A stretch of DNA of 64,000 bases from Octopus vulgaris. Lineage: Eukaryota. Both the position numbers and the translations under genes were made by a program. The notes below the pieces were generated by a model that was not told the DNA's origin, ran no database searches, and saw only the letters and a list, made by a program, of their open reading frames with translations. Below, piece after piece: positions 43,176 to 57,006 of the stretch (positions within the stretch are counted from its first letter, which is position 1; every line of letters begins with the position of its first letter). The stretch is taken from the NCBI GenBank assembly GCA_951406725.2, contig OX597823.1, positions 72,664,001 through 72,728,000 of the forward strand. The letters are read 5' to 3'.

Positions 43176-43600
43176 TTAATTTTGGATGTACTGGCCTATT
43201 CTGCCATGTCTTATGCGGTACTCCTTTTCAACGAGGACTGGGCAGCCAGAAACAACATGATCAATTGTATCCGTGAATTTTCCGCAAAGTTTGCACAAGG
43301 GGGTCAGATCCATTTTTAAGGACGTTTGTATGCTAGTTTCTGGTGCGTAAACTATGATCTTGCGCTGCAATAACAAAACCTTCTGTTTCCCCTTTCAGAC
43401 CAGCCCCTTGAGGCCATTGGTGTGTACGAATTTGATCACTATCTGGTGGTTAAGGTATTTTCCATGCAGGAGCGTAACTTTCCAGTTGACTTCGGTATTA
43501 TTCATACAAGCCTTCTTTGGTCTTTGTTTGATTTTTTAAAATCAAAGGTAGGTTTTTCATTATTTCTGATGGTTAGTTTCTAAGTCAGGTGAAGTAATGG
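43176..43600 (-). mobile_element. R4/Dong-like (RLE) LINE fragment, CCHC region
   Basis: CKLCGKFTDTIDHVVSGCPVL.EKEYRIRH. Confidence 0.8.
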
Positions 43601-44122
43601 GAGTTCTGTCAGTATTTGGGTGTATTTTGTCATTCTTATGTTAATTTGCAGTTGGGTACCGTATGAAATGTTTTAAGTCGACAACTACGAGAAAGGCATG
43701 TGTTGGAAGTGAATAAATGTTCTGGGAGGAATATATCGTGTGTAATAGGAAGTCCGCAGTAAGTGATGCCGGACACAAACTCATAAGCAGTGTGTCAATC
43801 TTGAATATTTATGTTCAAAGGGTACAACTTCCAGCGCCACGGATAGAAGTAATACTAATAGAGGCCATAGTAATAGTAGCAGAATAGATGAGAGGGAAAA
43901 ATGTGTGTCACTGAAGATGTTGATGACACCATGCAAACTACTCATGTAGTCTTTTGCAGGATAGATCAACGTTTCAGTCTGATCTATAGGTTGTAGGAGA
44001 GTTATAGTAACTTGCATCTTTCAGTTTTACAATACATGTTTCCTTTAAAATCTTGAATATTCAGATTTTTCCGGATTTAGTAATCAATCAACTCTAGCAC
44101 AATAAAATAATCGTTATCCATT

Positions 44123-44186
<64 letters not shown>

Positions 44187-45045
44187 TAACTGTGAATATG
44201 ATAACTTAGAATTTATTTCTAATTAATCTAATGAATTTGCATAAAGCTTTTAAATGTACATGCCATATGAATGATTAATTTATTCAAGTCAAAATATCTT
44301 TTTAATACGGGGACATCATACTTCATTAAATCTATAAATTATTCATATATTATTAGGTTTAACAGTTGCAATTTATTGTTAAAAGCTATTTAAGTGCCAA
44401 AGCTTTAAGTAGACAACCATAAATGCATCGCTAAATAAAAGTATTCATTTAAATTTACGATAGTGAAAATTAAATAACTTTTGTGTAACATTTTTCGTAT
44501 AGCATTGCTTGAAAATGACTTCAAAGCATAGTAATATAATTTATGCAATATAATAAAAATGTCTGCTAAAATAGGTATTCAGAAACTTAAATATGCTTTG
44601 AAGAACATTAGAATACGAGAATTGTGAATTTGTTTCCGTGATTTAAAACTTGGACTAGTTATAATTAGACGATTTTGAACTATTCTTGCCCTGCTCTCTT
44701 TTTCACATTGTCACATCTGTTTAGTTTGTTTTCCATCATGCTCAAGTGAATAGAACGACTCCGGAAAACTCAAGCCGTCTTGAGTCACTGGATTTACCGT
44801 AAACTATCAATACAAATGCTGTTTATTGTACATCAACTTCTCCTAACTGCATGACGATGGTTTATACCTACTGGACGGTGAAGTTATATTCTCCACTGTA
44901 TCCGGAAGTATGAGCAACAGTAGTTTCTCTAACCTGTTATTGTTGTTCTTCACCTCCTTTCACTCTTTCATGGTGGGATTTCTTTTCTGTACGACAATTA
45001 TTATATTATTTAATCTCAGAATGAGATTGAAACAGTAATCGCTTG

Positions 45046-45327
45046 ATAATGTAAAGTATAGAAGCCATCTTATCATGGCTAACCACATTGGGGAGGGGGT
45101 TGTTACTGTAGCTTTATAGCCCCAAGAGATCTTCGTCTCTAGCTGGCTCTAAACACAATATCTGTGTCTTTGGAAGGGATGGCCTCCCTTTGCAAATACT
45201 CCAAAGACACAGATATTGTGTTTAGAGCCAGCTAGAGACGAAGATTCTTGGGGCTATAAAGCTACAGTAACAACCCCCTCCCCAATGTGGTTAGCCATGA
45301 TAAGATGGCTTCTATACTTTACATTAT
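45046..45327. repeat. Near-perfect fold-back: 129/128-bp arms, 25-nt loop; homologous to the 58.4-58.9 kb repeat
   Basis: 45046-45174 is the reverse complement of 45200-45327 except for one 1-nt indel. Shares TCCCTTTGCAAATACT, AAGCTACAGTA, GGTTAGCCA and TATACTT with the 58.7-kb copy. Confidence 0.95.
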
Positions 45328-45903
45328 TATATTATTCTTTCCGATAACGACACTCAATCTCTATGATCTTCCAGGTTCATTAAACGCTGCATGTCCATTC
45401 CAACGCCTCGCAGCCTCAAGTCTTTCCGGGCTGTCCGCTTTTTCATATTTTCAATTTTTCGACCAAAAACGTAAACGTAAACCAGAATTAATTGCAATGA
45501 TCAATAATCATCCTCACAACCATTCCATTTTGTTGTCATTACTAGATTACGCACTTTCTCAGTCGGGTAATTTTCCCGGCATTAGTTTTAAAAGCCTTAA
45601 GCAGAATCCTTTATGTTCTATTCAGAAAAAATGGAACAAATATCACTACAACGACCTTTTAAGTGGGATAAACCACTCAACCTGAAAAAGACTCTAACTG
45701 GTCCCCACCTGCAAGGCCATGCGCTGTTTGCGTTGATATGAGATTACCATGTTTCGTTCAAATGATTGTGATGCATGTGCTTGATGTACTCTTATCAGAC
45801 GGGTAGTCATGACGTGTATACTGAGCTTTGAGTATCTAACCCCAGTTTCACTTAGATGACATGTCCTGCTCTCTCACCCAGTAATAAAATAATAATATTT
45901 TAC

Positions 45904-45947
<44 letters not shown>

Positions 45948-45949
45948 TA

Positions 45950-46321
45950 AATTAGCAAAATGTGGAACCTGAAGTCTAAAACGATAGCTGTTGTCATAGG
46001 TGCCCTGGGAATGATAGCAAAAGAGGCTGATTGATATCTAGCTCAGATTCCAGGAAACCCCAAAATGGCAGAAATTCAAAAGATAGTGCTCATGGGAATT
46101 GCTCATATCCTACGCAAAATACTTTCTATGTAATCTCAAGTCTTAAAACAAACATAATTTTCTTATGGATTCTTAAACACTCTCTAGAACAATACTAAGT
46201 ACAAAACCAAATATATGGCACCCTAGGCATAATACCAACGTGACCTTCCAACTTGTTGTCTCTTGAGGTCTCTGGGTGAGACTTGGAGCCAACTTGTACA
46301 AATGTAAAGCAAAAGTCAAAC

Positions 46322-46322
<1 letters not shown>
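45950..46322 (+). mobile_element. R4/Dong-like 3' end flanked by (TAA)n on both sides
   Basis: KMWNLKSKTIAVVIGALG...IQKIVLMGIAHILRKILS*, followed by a 3' UTR. Confidence 0.85.
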
Positions 46323-46366
<44 letters not shown>

Positions 46367-46370
46367 TAAA

Positions 46371-46405
<35 letters not shown>

Positions 46406-46959
46406 TAATAATAATATCATTAATTAAATAATACACACGAAGAAACGCAGTTTGGAGGGCAAATATATCTGATATATTGAGAAAAAACAACAGACGAAAC
46501 AAGAAGTTTTCTTTTTCTATTGTTTAAGCAATAAGGAAGGTTTGAAAGAAGGCTGAGTTAGAAGAAATCACTAACGTTGGCAGGAATGTTTCATGCTTTC
46601 CCTTGAGTGTTGAATAACCTTGCAAATCAATGAGTAATCACATGAAGCTATAACAACAGAAATAGAGAAGATGCTGCATATAAATACAACTAGAAGGCAC
46701 GAAATCCTGACTAAAATATTTCACAGGGACAGAAAAAAAGGTAGCTATAATAAAAAGAAATGAAATTGGGGAAAAAACTGAAATACGCCAGAGAACAGAA
46801 AAATTGATGTAAGGGGTTGTATGTCTCTAAAGACCAATTTCTGGTCCCAGAAGACATAATCGAAGTGTGTTGTAAGAGAAAACGGTGTTTAGCATGACGT
46901 GAAGTGCCTAGTAGAAAGATTTTCACCACAGTATTCGCTCACACGTTTATCCTGATACA

Positions 46960-47960
46960 TTAGCTGTTACTAAAATGACAGCTTTATAAGATGCATTGAG
47001 CATGTCAAGATTAAATAGATAAGCTAGAGACTTATAAATGGTAAACCGTTCTCTATGAAAAAAGAATTATGTCAGGGGATTTTATGTATCACAACATTTA
47101 CGTCTGACACTAACCCTATGAAATCAATTTGTTAAACTGCCCTAGATTGGATAAATCAACCACCTCCTCTATATCTATTAAAGGTAACAGATAACTAGAA
47201 ACACTCTTTCAGACATGGATTTATTAGAGAAACCAATATGCGATTCGGATTAAAAAATGTGCAAATGCAAATTCGAAGAGAGAAATATTAAGAACGCTAA
47301 CATAGTTCTAATTTAAACACAAGAGAATTCGACCTAACGCATAAATACATCCAGTAAAGAATCGATGAATTTAACAGAGTACAACATGCAGAAAGGACGG
47401 AAAGGAGTTAGCAAGAAATATTATATACGCATTAGATAATTAACAGACCTAAAGGCAACAATAACGTAATCTGCATAATTACATTAGCTGTACAAGTAAT
47501 AAGTTGTAGTTATAAAATTCTCAATTGAATGCTAAATGAACTAGCTAGCCAGACTAGGCTAAATAATAAGAAATATAATTACTTTATTTAGAATACACTA
47601 CACAAAACGCAACACAGGAAGATTATATTTACCATGTATAAGAGTGTAATGCAACGTGGCAGCATATATTCAATACAGGGATACAAAATTATATACTATT
47701 CTTATTCCATAATTAATGCAACATTTGGATCTAGAATAAAAATTGCATTCGGTGCTAATACCTGGAGCTTCCGTGAAATATGTATATTGTAAATGATTCT
47801 AAAACATGTAGACGAACACATAACAAAAACTGCAGCATATAAATATAGACAGCATGCAGAAAATAACGCTACATGGTACCGCAGGGATATTGCATAGAGT
47901 AAGTTCATACCAACAAAATAACAAGACCCCATAACATAGGCAAATCATAGAAATGCTTTG
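46960..47960 (+). mobile_element. Highly decayed R4/Dong-like RT/thumb fragment
   Basis: Residual NMRFGLKN, and N.LAVQVISCS-like peptides. Confidence 0.45.
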
Positions 47961-48096
47961 GTAAGTAGATCAGTGAAATAACAGAACATAAATAAAATCA
48001 TTGAAAATTAGTTCTATTATATGTGCAAATCCTAAAAATTAGGGTAGGGTTTTTAGAGGTTTACATCAACTGCTGTAATGGATTAGCATCATATTT

Positions 48097-48159
<63 letters not shown>

Positions 48160-48166
<7 letters not shown>

Positions 48167-49070
48167 GTCAATAAGATGATTTTGGAAGATTGTCATAAAA
48201 CACAAAAACTTATCAATAGCCTGGGTAGACTAAAGAAGTTTTCGATTGTCTACCACATAGCAGGATTGAGAAATGTTTGGAAATTTATAAAATAACACCT
48301 ACTCTGCGAAACTTCTCATCTGTATGTATGAGATCATGGATAACATCGACAACTTCGTATAGTGACACTGAAACTTTCAATGCTGGTGATGTAAAAATTT
48401 CATGTAGCATTTTCCAAGGTGACTCTCTATTACCACTCCTCTTTTCTCTAACTTTAATATCTCTTTTGCAATTGCTCGATGATGTACAATATGGCTATAT
48501 ACATTCTTGATAAAAATATAAATCATCTCTTTCACATGGATGACTTAAAGTTCTTTGCAAAAATGGACCCACAACTAAAGGGCTTACTGGCAAGAGTTCA
48601 ATGATGAAATCAGGGTGAATTTTGGCCGAGATAAATAAGGAAAAGCTTCCTTTATTAGAAGGAAAATGATAGAAAAATCCAACGTTAATCTTGAGCAAGA
48701 GAATGTTATAAAGAATTTAGAACCAGCGAAGAGCTACAAATACCTAGCGGTGTTTCACGGTGACCAACATCTTAAAGTACAGCAGTAGCCCAATATGTCG
48801 TGTATATAAACAACAAAATGAATCCATCGATCATGTTGTCTCCATGTGCAACATTCTTGCACCTACAGAGTATCTCAACAAGCATGATAGAACTGCACGA
48901 TGTATTCACTAGGGAATTTTCAAAGACTTGGACCTGCCCAAGGATAAAAGTCGGCGGGAAAACAAACGACCGTCAGTGCTTGAAAATGACCAACAATGGA
49001 AGCAATTCAAAAGATATTGCTCATAGAAACTGCGCATATCTTATGTAAAAATGTTGTCTATGTAATCCCC
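48160..49070 (+). mobile_element. Internally deleted R4/Dong-like LINE (RT + CCHC + 3' end) next to (TAA)n
   Basis: VNKMILED; IFQGDSLLPLLF; INHL..MDDLK; CRV...NESIDHVVS.C.ILAPTEYL.KHD. Confidence 0.85.
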
Positions 49071-49261
49071 CAAACATTTTAATCTGTCAAAATACTTTTA
49101 AATAACAAACACGTTTCACATTCATCTTAACATTACACTATCATCAAATAATAAAAATTACTTTTAAAACAAACTTCTAATTCACTTGTTCTCTGTTATT
49201 GCACACATAAAATGAAAAAGCCAAATATATAACAACAACAACAACAATAATAATAATGATA

Positions 49262-49680
49262 ATAAATGCCCTGATTCATTATCAGGCAGTGGCTCTCATG
49301 ACTTTTGATCTTAGCTGATTAGGAGTGTTAACATGTATATTGCTTTGTCTTGATATTAAAGACTGGCTACAGCAAATATTCTGCTGAATACCACAAGTTT
49401 GCTTGACAGTGGTTTGACAATAATGAGTTGAGCATGTCTCTTAGTGGCTGATGATATGTTAATCTCTGATCACGAGCAGAAGTAGTTGGGAGCATCATAG
49501 CTATGTATTGAGAGGAATTCTTTGGGGTTTGAGCAATTCACCTCTGGACACATAGATGTTTTGTTCATCATCCTTAAAACAAGCCTCATTCCGTCTTGTG
49601 TGGAATGGGCTACTCGACCTGAAGAAAATTGTAACTGGACCCCACCTGCAAGGTCACGCACTGTTTATCTTGATATCGAA
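49262..49680. repeat. (TAA)n-associated dispersed repeat, overlapping in sequence with 45680-45895
   Basis: Both share CCTGAA.AA...TAACTGG.CCCCACCTGCAAGG.CA.GC.CTGTTT...TTGATAT; probably the 5' region of an R4/Dong-like element. Confidence 0.55.
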
Positions 49681-49766
49681 GGTGACCTGGCATCTACGTT
49701 TATTTTCTGTAACCTGATGTTAGGATTCTTTTCTTCTCGAAGAAAATAATCTTTTGAGTGTATATG

Positions 49767-49854
49767 AATAACAATAATGAAAATAATAACAATAATAATA
49801 ATAAAGCTAATAATAATACTAATAACAACAACAATATTAATAATAATAATAATG

Positions 49855-49932
<78 letters not shown>
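49767..49932. repeat. (TAA)n microsatellite
   Basis: Direct reading; further (TAA)n at 45900-45948, 46322-46415, 48098-48163, 50148-50231 and 56932-57006. Confidence 0.98.
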
Positions 49933-49936
<4 letters not shown>

Positions 49937-50144
49937 TATTCAGACAAATACATAACAAAAACACCAGGACTTACAAACACATATAACATACAGAAAATTG
50001 CACTACTAGGCACTGCACACATCCTACGCAGAACCCTTTCCATACAGTAACCATCAGAGCATCACAACAAATCACAGCACATACCCAAGGCACACAGAGC
50101 TGCGCTCGGTAGTGAAGTGAAAGCACGCTATAAAAATAAAACTA

Positions 50145-50150
<6 letters not shown>
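49932..50150 (+). mobile_element. Short R4/Dong-like 3' end between two (TAA)n tracts
   Basis: PGLTNTYNIQKIALLGTAHILRRTLSIQ*. Confidence 0.85.
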
Positions 50151-50232
<82 letters not shown>

Positions 50233-50239
50233 CTCTGCC

Positions 50240-51510
50240 TAAGCAAATCCCGTAGACAAAAATGGTGTTCATCTTAGGGCATGCCGACAAAGTTTGTATG
50301 ATCAATGAAGAGAAAGAAGATTGTTTCAACTCACGGAACAGAGAATATATGATCAAGCTAGAGCAATAAGAAAAAAATCGTTGATTCACAGATTTAGAGC
50401 TCGAAGCTATCAAATGACGGGTATTGGAAAACAGCAGCTGGGGAAACGATGGAAATAGAGTTCCTACTGATAAATGTAATCTCATAGCAGAAAACAGAGG
50501 TAAAATTCTAATAAAACACAGGAACAGAACAATGATAGCTTGCTCGATGAGAGACATATAGATAGTTTGAAAGAAGACAATAAAACTAATGATGACATGA
50601 CAGATGGGCAAAAAGGCAATCTATGACAGAATACAGGCAAGGCTACGGGAGAACGACAGCGAGAATATTTGCAACCGTAAAAAGGTTGACCGGTGGAAAT
50701 TGAATCAAGTGACGAAAAATGAGAATGAAATTCTGAAATACATCAGATCAAAGAACATCACAGAAACAAATAGTCTGATCAAAGCAGCAAGTATTTTGTA
50801 GCAGAAAATGTCGGTGTTGATGTCAAGAAAAAGAAATATAATGGGAGTGACAAAAGAAAATATCCGTGGCGGAAAACAAGAATACAGGGGTTAGATAAGC
50901 TCTCGAACGAGACATTTCTATGTTAGACCGAAAAGAAAAGGGAGAGCTTAAAAGTGAACAAAAATACAGGACAGTGGACAGGAAATATAATATTGAAAGA
51001 AAGGGCGTGAAACTGGTAATGGAGGAACTGAAACAGCATCGCGTTGCAAAGAAAGCAAAGATGCTAAGGTACAATAACAATGAAGGGATACCAGCAGAAT
51101 AGGTTATTCAGAGTAGATCAGAAGAGATTCTACAAAGCAATAAATGGAAATTGTACGGATGAAAAGTTCATATCAGATAATATTGAAAGTCAAAGGTTTG
51201 TGAATGACATATGGAGAAAACACAGGGAGCACAGGAAGGATGCGGAATGGTTGCAAGAACTGAACCAAACAGCAGTCTGTCCAAAACAGGCAGAACTAGT
51301 CTTTTTAGTTAGGGAAGTGAATGAAATGTGCAAAAGAATAGGGCAGCTACTGGATCAAAAGATTTGGGGGAATATCATGTACGAATAGATGAACAATTCA
51401 ACACATCGTTACATGCCGATCAAATAACACCAGAGTGGTTGACAATGGGTAGGACAGTGCTGTGCTTGAAAAACATCGGAAAAGTTAATACGGTATACAA
51501 TTACATAATC
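50240..51510 (+). mobile_element. R4/Dong-like pre-RT region fragment
   Basis: YQQNRLFRVDQKRFYK...DAEWL...PEWLTMGRTVLCLK. Confidence 0.8.
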
Positions 51511-52084
51511 CATGGTGTCATAATCCATAGTATTACATTTTACCGTAATGAAAGTCACTTCCAGGAGAACTTCCCGCAGGCTATGAGGGTTACATCGTGT
51601 TTTAAATATACTGGGGGAAATAGCAAGGGTAAGACGTTGTGGAGTGAGTTTAATGGTTTGGGCTATGCCCCAGATGTCAGAAGTTAGAGGCTAACTGCTA
51701 CTTGATAGAGCATCATAAAAGGAATTGGCAGAATTAACTTAAATTGAACCTATTTGGGGAAATTCAATACATAAGTATATCAATGATAGAAAAATTAGGT
51801 AAAACCGTAGTACAATGTTATTACTCGTTACTTATTAATAGAAACCTAATCCCAAACCCTATGGGTAGTAGTGTGAGGTCAAATTAATCCTCCAAGTTAA
51901 GTGGTCAGCTAATATTTGAAAACAATGACGTTTCTTTAGGGCCGTTAGAACTATCAATAAAGTACAAGACAAGTAAAAACAGTCTAAGATGTCTTACTAA
52001 TGAATGGGCGATGAAAAACACTTACGGGTATGGATATAGTGTTTTATATGAATTTATCTGAGATATATATCAAATTAACAACGA

Positions 52085-53690
52085 GATCATATTAGTTTGT
52101 CACTGTTGGATATCTGAGGAAATGTTTTAAGGCTGGATTGATGCCATTTTAGTCTCCTTGTATAAATTGGGGCCTAAAGATTTGTGTGGTAATTTTCGTG
52201 GGATTTCGCTTTTGTTTGTGGTTGGAAAGGTATTTGTCCATATTCTGTTAGATCGTTTAAATACCTCCATAGTTCCAAATACAGTGTCTGAGCCTCAAAG
52301 TGGTGTCCGTTCTTCCAGAGGTACAGATGATTGTATCTTTACTATCAGACATTTTCAAGAAATGTGCATTGAACAGAATCTTGCCCTATAACATTGCCTT
52401 GTTGATTTGAGCAAAGCCTTCGATGCTGTTAATCTCAATGCTCCGTGGCTAATTCTAAGGAAAATAGGTTGCCAGGAAAAAATCGTAAACATGCTTACAG
52501 CTTTGCATCGAGATATGAAATATAGAGTTAACTTTGGTGGTAGGTTCAGAATCTTTTGCCGTGGAAAATGGAGTAAAGCAAGGCGACATTGATGCCCCCA
52601 ACCTCTTTGCAATATACTTTGCTGTTGTGTAGTCACACACGTTTTTCAAAGTTCTGAGCGGGTATTTACATAAAATATCGAACAGGGAACGTTTTTATCT
52701 GACTAGACTGAAATTGAAAACGAAAGTTATCATTTCACTCATTAGGGAACTTTTATACGCTGATGATTACAATCTTGTCAGTCATTCTGAAACAGGTCTG
52801 CAATCTCTTGTATCTGCATTTAACTCAGCTTGTGATGATTTTGGCTTGACCATCAACTTGAAAAAAGAAAAACAGTCGTAATGCATCAATCTGCGCAGGG
52901 CGCTGCTTGTAACCCCCACTAACATTTTTGTTAAGGGTAAGTTACTTGCGGTTGACGATTCGTTTACCTACTTGGAAAACTCTGTACAAAATGATAGAAA
53001 ACTTGATACAGAAATACATCTACGAATTCAAAGGGCAGCAAAAGCATTTGGAGGCCTGGAGTCACGCGTTTGGTGCCAGCGACATAAATAACAATACAAA
53101 GCTGGCTCTTTACAAATCATTCGTCTTACCATCCTTGTTGTATTGTTCCGAAATATGGACTTGTTATAAAAGGCATTTTAAATTGTTAGAACAATTCCAC
53201 CAAAAATGCCTTCATCACATTTTAAATATTAAATAGAGTTCTTTTACTCCAAACATAGATCTCTTTGCATCTGCAGACATCACCTCAACTAAATCGATGA
53301 TTTGGGAAACCAAATGGGACAGACATCACCTCAACTAAATCGATGATTTGGGAAACCAAATGAGATGCTGTAGCCATATGGTCCGAACGGCGAATGACCG
53401 CATTCCCAACAGCTGGTTTATGGTGCGCTTGCAGACGGGAAAGGCTATCTGCGTAAACCGAAAAAAAAAAAAGATTTAAGAACGGCGTAAGGACAACTAT
53501 GAAGTCACTTGAATGGATCCAGAGGACTTAGAATCCGTTGATTTGGATCGAACTGGATGGAGAAGAAAAGTGTGGAGTGAAGAGAAAGATTTTGAAGAGG
53601 CCAGAATAACGCATGTAAGGCTCAAAACAGATTTAAGGAAGAATGTTACGATCGAGACGGTGAATCACAATGTTGGTACAGGGGGTGGCC
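52085..53690 (+). mobile_element. 5'-truncated RTE-clade LINE (RT and C-terminal region), decayed
   Basis: CGNFRGISLL..VGKVF.ILLDRL; QSG.RSSRGTDDCIFTIR; VDLSKAFD; GVKQG; RELLYADD; LLYCSEIWT...LEQFHQKCL. Confidence 0.92.
53274..53362 (+). repeat. 46-bp-period tandem duplication inside the RTE element
   Basis: AGACATCACCTCAACTAAATCGATGATTTGGGAAACCAAATG twice, identical. Confidence 0.95.
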
Positions 53691-53869
53691 AAATTCTGCA
53701 TAATACATATATATATATATAGTGAAACACGTATAGGAATAAACAAACAAGCGGAAAAAACGCACAGAAGGTTCAGTTGAAAAGCATATACTAAATGAAA
53801 GGAAAACAAACATAGAAGGTCACCAACTCTTCATCACTTAACGTCCAGGGGTTCGGCCGCAATTGCGTG

Positions 53870-53943
<74 letters not shown>

Positions 53944-54260
53944 GGAGGCGCAATGGCCCAGTGGTTAGGGCAGCGGACTCACGGTTGTAGGATCGCGGTT
54001 TCGATTCCCAGACCGTGCGTTGTGAGTGTTTATTGAGCGAAAACACCTAAAGCTCCACGAGCCTCCGGCAGTGGGTGGTGGCGGTCCCGGCCGTACTCTT
54101 TCACCACAACTTTCTCTCACTCGTTCTTCTCTTGGACTGCTCGCTTAGCCAGCGGGGTGGTGTCATTTGAAGGCTAAAACAATGCGAAGCGCATTGTGAC
54201 CAGCGATGTGTAACAACACCTGATAGCCTGGTCGGTGACGGTGACGATGATCACGGTGAT
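53944..54260 (+). mobile_element. tRNA-derived SINE, family C
   Basis: GGCGCAATGGCCCAGTGGTTAGGGCAGCGGACTC...GGTTTCGATTCCC head; (GTGACG)-like tail. Confidence 0.85.
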
Positions 54261-54385
54261 ATATATATATATATATATACATAGAAGGTTCCGAATCATA
54301 GTTGGCTGTGGAATATGTGCACTGAATATTATGAAAGCATATAAGCAAAAATAGATTTAAAAATATAAAGGTTTCTTGTACTTAC

Positions 54386-54474
54386 GTTTATTGGCTGAAC
54401 GCTCTCGCCTATTGTTGTCGTTTGTATTAACATTAGAATGCATCAAGAGCTTATAGTAGCTATCTCAATTAACC
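54386..54474 (-). other. Candidate orphan exon (non-coding or start-containing)
   Basis: Minus strand tttattctatttttcag|GTT...AAAC|gtaagt; strong sites at both ends, but all three through-frames contain stops. Confidence 0.3.
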
Positions 54475-56320
54475 TGAAAAATAGAATAAAGATAACTGAT
54501 TCATTCGATGAAATATTTTCAAAGTTGATTAAAACAATTCTTCGACAATGCACAGGTCTTCTCGCACAGACAGAAACATACACGAGCATATTAAATGAGC
54601 TAATGAACAGCGAACATTGACATTTAGGTTCATAAAATTTTCGAGAGGGCGAATGAACTTTTACTACAATATTTGGGTGAACTACAACTAATGCATTATT
54701 TATATTTCTCAATAGAAATCCAATTGCAAAGACGGTTTGCCCCGTGCTGAAAATCACAGTAGCTATCTTCTGTTGACCTTTAGTGCTCCAAAGTCAATTT
54801 TAACCAGCAAGATTTCTATTCAGCTTAACAGCAGAAAGCGATTCTATTATCAGATTATCGTTGTACATGACCCTTGTGCAGTGTTCCTAATATGCATTTG
54901 GCTTAAACAATAAAATTCAACAAGTTTAGTATCTTACATGATTGCTTAGCTACATGCAGTAGTCAGATAAAATAATTGATGTAAATTGGATTCTACTTTA
55001 TTATCCGGAATGATTTATTGATTTGAAAATAGTTTAAGTGCACGGAAGCTTACAGCACTGTATGAATTGAATTTCCAAGACGGATACCTAATATATATTT
55101 CTAAGTGTATTCTGTTGTTCTTCTGCCGGTTCATTCCAATATTACAAAACGTACCACAGCATCATATGTTTGTTTTATTATACATGATCTCATATTAAGT
55201 TTTTGTACAGCATCTGTATATTTTAACTACATGTTAAAACATCTGTATGCAAGTAATGCTCGCAAATATTTTAGAAATCATTGCTTCAAGAGAGAAAATT
55301 CATTGGAATCATCCTCGTTGGAATGAGGAAATTTTCTATCCTTTGGTAAATATGTCTACAAGACAATCCGCTTGAAATACAAACGTGTCACTCCATTACC
55401 ATAAATTTCTAGCAGCATGTTGACGAACATATATTACATGCAATATCATCAAATAACTTAGGTTATCAAATGAGATATACGATGATTACTTGCGATTAAC
55501 GTACAACGTCTTAAAAACTGCATTGTTCTGCAATAAATTCTGTGCGATAAACGAATTAACGGATCAATTTTGATTTTTAAGGTGAGTTAATTAGTAATTG
55601 TTATTATAGAAGGCATGCGTGTAGATGATTAACACCTGCTAAAAGTCATAAAATTTTTGGAGTAATTTAGCAAAATTATACTTATCCATCAACATGGAAG
55701 TCTATTGTCATTTCGAAGCAAATTACTTCTTCGCATTATCCACAGCTAATTTCAATGACCATAAAATAATTTTGCTTGAACTTACTTTATTCTCATTTAC
55801 AAATAATAAGCTAAGGAGGTTATCACCATGTAGGTGAAAATTTTAACGATCTTAAAAATTCTGCGATCAGTACTTTTGCAAATGTATTTTCCGAGAAAAC
55901 ATATCTAGTTATGTTAGCATCCAGAATAACTATCCAATAACTACCGCGGAAATTATTCTGGCTCTTTAAGACCGACTACCAAAACTTCTACACTAAATAC
56001 ATCAATTCCCGATCTGTACTATATCCACAGATATCTTGCTTTAAATGAACGTTATACAGTATGTACTAGACGGAAGCAACTAATACTGTAAGTCAAAACA
56101 GAATCATCAAAGACTTTGTTAGAAATTTCAGAAGAGATTAATGATTTCTTTTTAATTAGTTGAAATAAGCTGTTCAGCACTGCTAATTAAATTCCTCATA
56201 TATCTGTGACAGCTGAATAAAATTTGACAGGAGATATCTGTCAACGGTTCATACAAATATTATTAATACTGATGACAGTCCACGTTGAACTACAGAAGTA
56301 ATAGCAAAAAGCAAATTAGG

Positions 56321-56381
56321 AATAATAATAATAATAACATTAATAATGATGATGATGATGATGTTGATGATGATGATGATA

Positions 56382-56426
<45 letters not shown>

Positions 56427-56465
56427 GTGATGACGATGATGATGATGACTACGATGATAATGATG
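56321..56465. repeat. (AAT)n(GAT)n microsatellite
   Basis: Direct reading. Confidence 0.98.
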
Positions 56466-56559
56466 AAACGAAAGTATGAGCAACATCTTGAATGAGTGCA
56501 GTACGCTATCACAAAAGAATATAAACTTAGAAACACCTGTGTAAATAAAAAAAAATATG

Positions 56560-56927
56560 CATCAGGATATTAGGCGTGTGTGTGGCTTCGAAAAAATAGG
56601 AACGTTGCATGAGTATGAACAAGCCAGAAGCTGTGACAGAATATGAGAATTACAGTTTATTATGGACGTCCCAATAAACCCTGACATGCTGTTGAGGCAA
56701 GAAGACCAAATGTGATTATAGATAATAAAATAAATAGTTAAATATTAGACTTTGAATTTCCCTATGATAACAAAGTCGATTCCAAAGAGATGAATAAAAG
56801 AACTATCGGGCTGTAGCCAAAGAAATGGAGAGACTGTAAAAGACTAAGATACCAAGGACTCTTGTGGTAAATGGTGCATTTTGCACAACACCCGAAATGC
56901 TACATAAAAAAACTTAAAGACAAATTA

Positions 56928-56930
<3 letters not shown>
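56560..56930 (+). mobile_element. R4/Dong-like RLE endonuclease fragment ending in (TAA)n
   Basis: LW..PI...EARRPNVII...LDFEFPYDNKVDSKE. Confidence 0.7.

Positions 56931-57006
<76 letters not shown>

Noticed and set aside
43781-44017. ORF with a signal-peptide-like leucine stretch
   Set aside because: Derives from a degenerate TAG/TAA-type repeat; no family similarity.
45061-45175. Possible HDV-like or twister ribozyme in the hairpin arm
   Set aside because: Could not assign the required pseudoknot order or conserved residues.
53944-54015. tRNA gene
   Set aside because: The tRNA-like head continues into a SINE body with no acceptor stem or terminator; the same holds for the other SINE heads.
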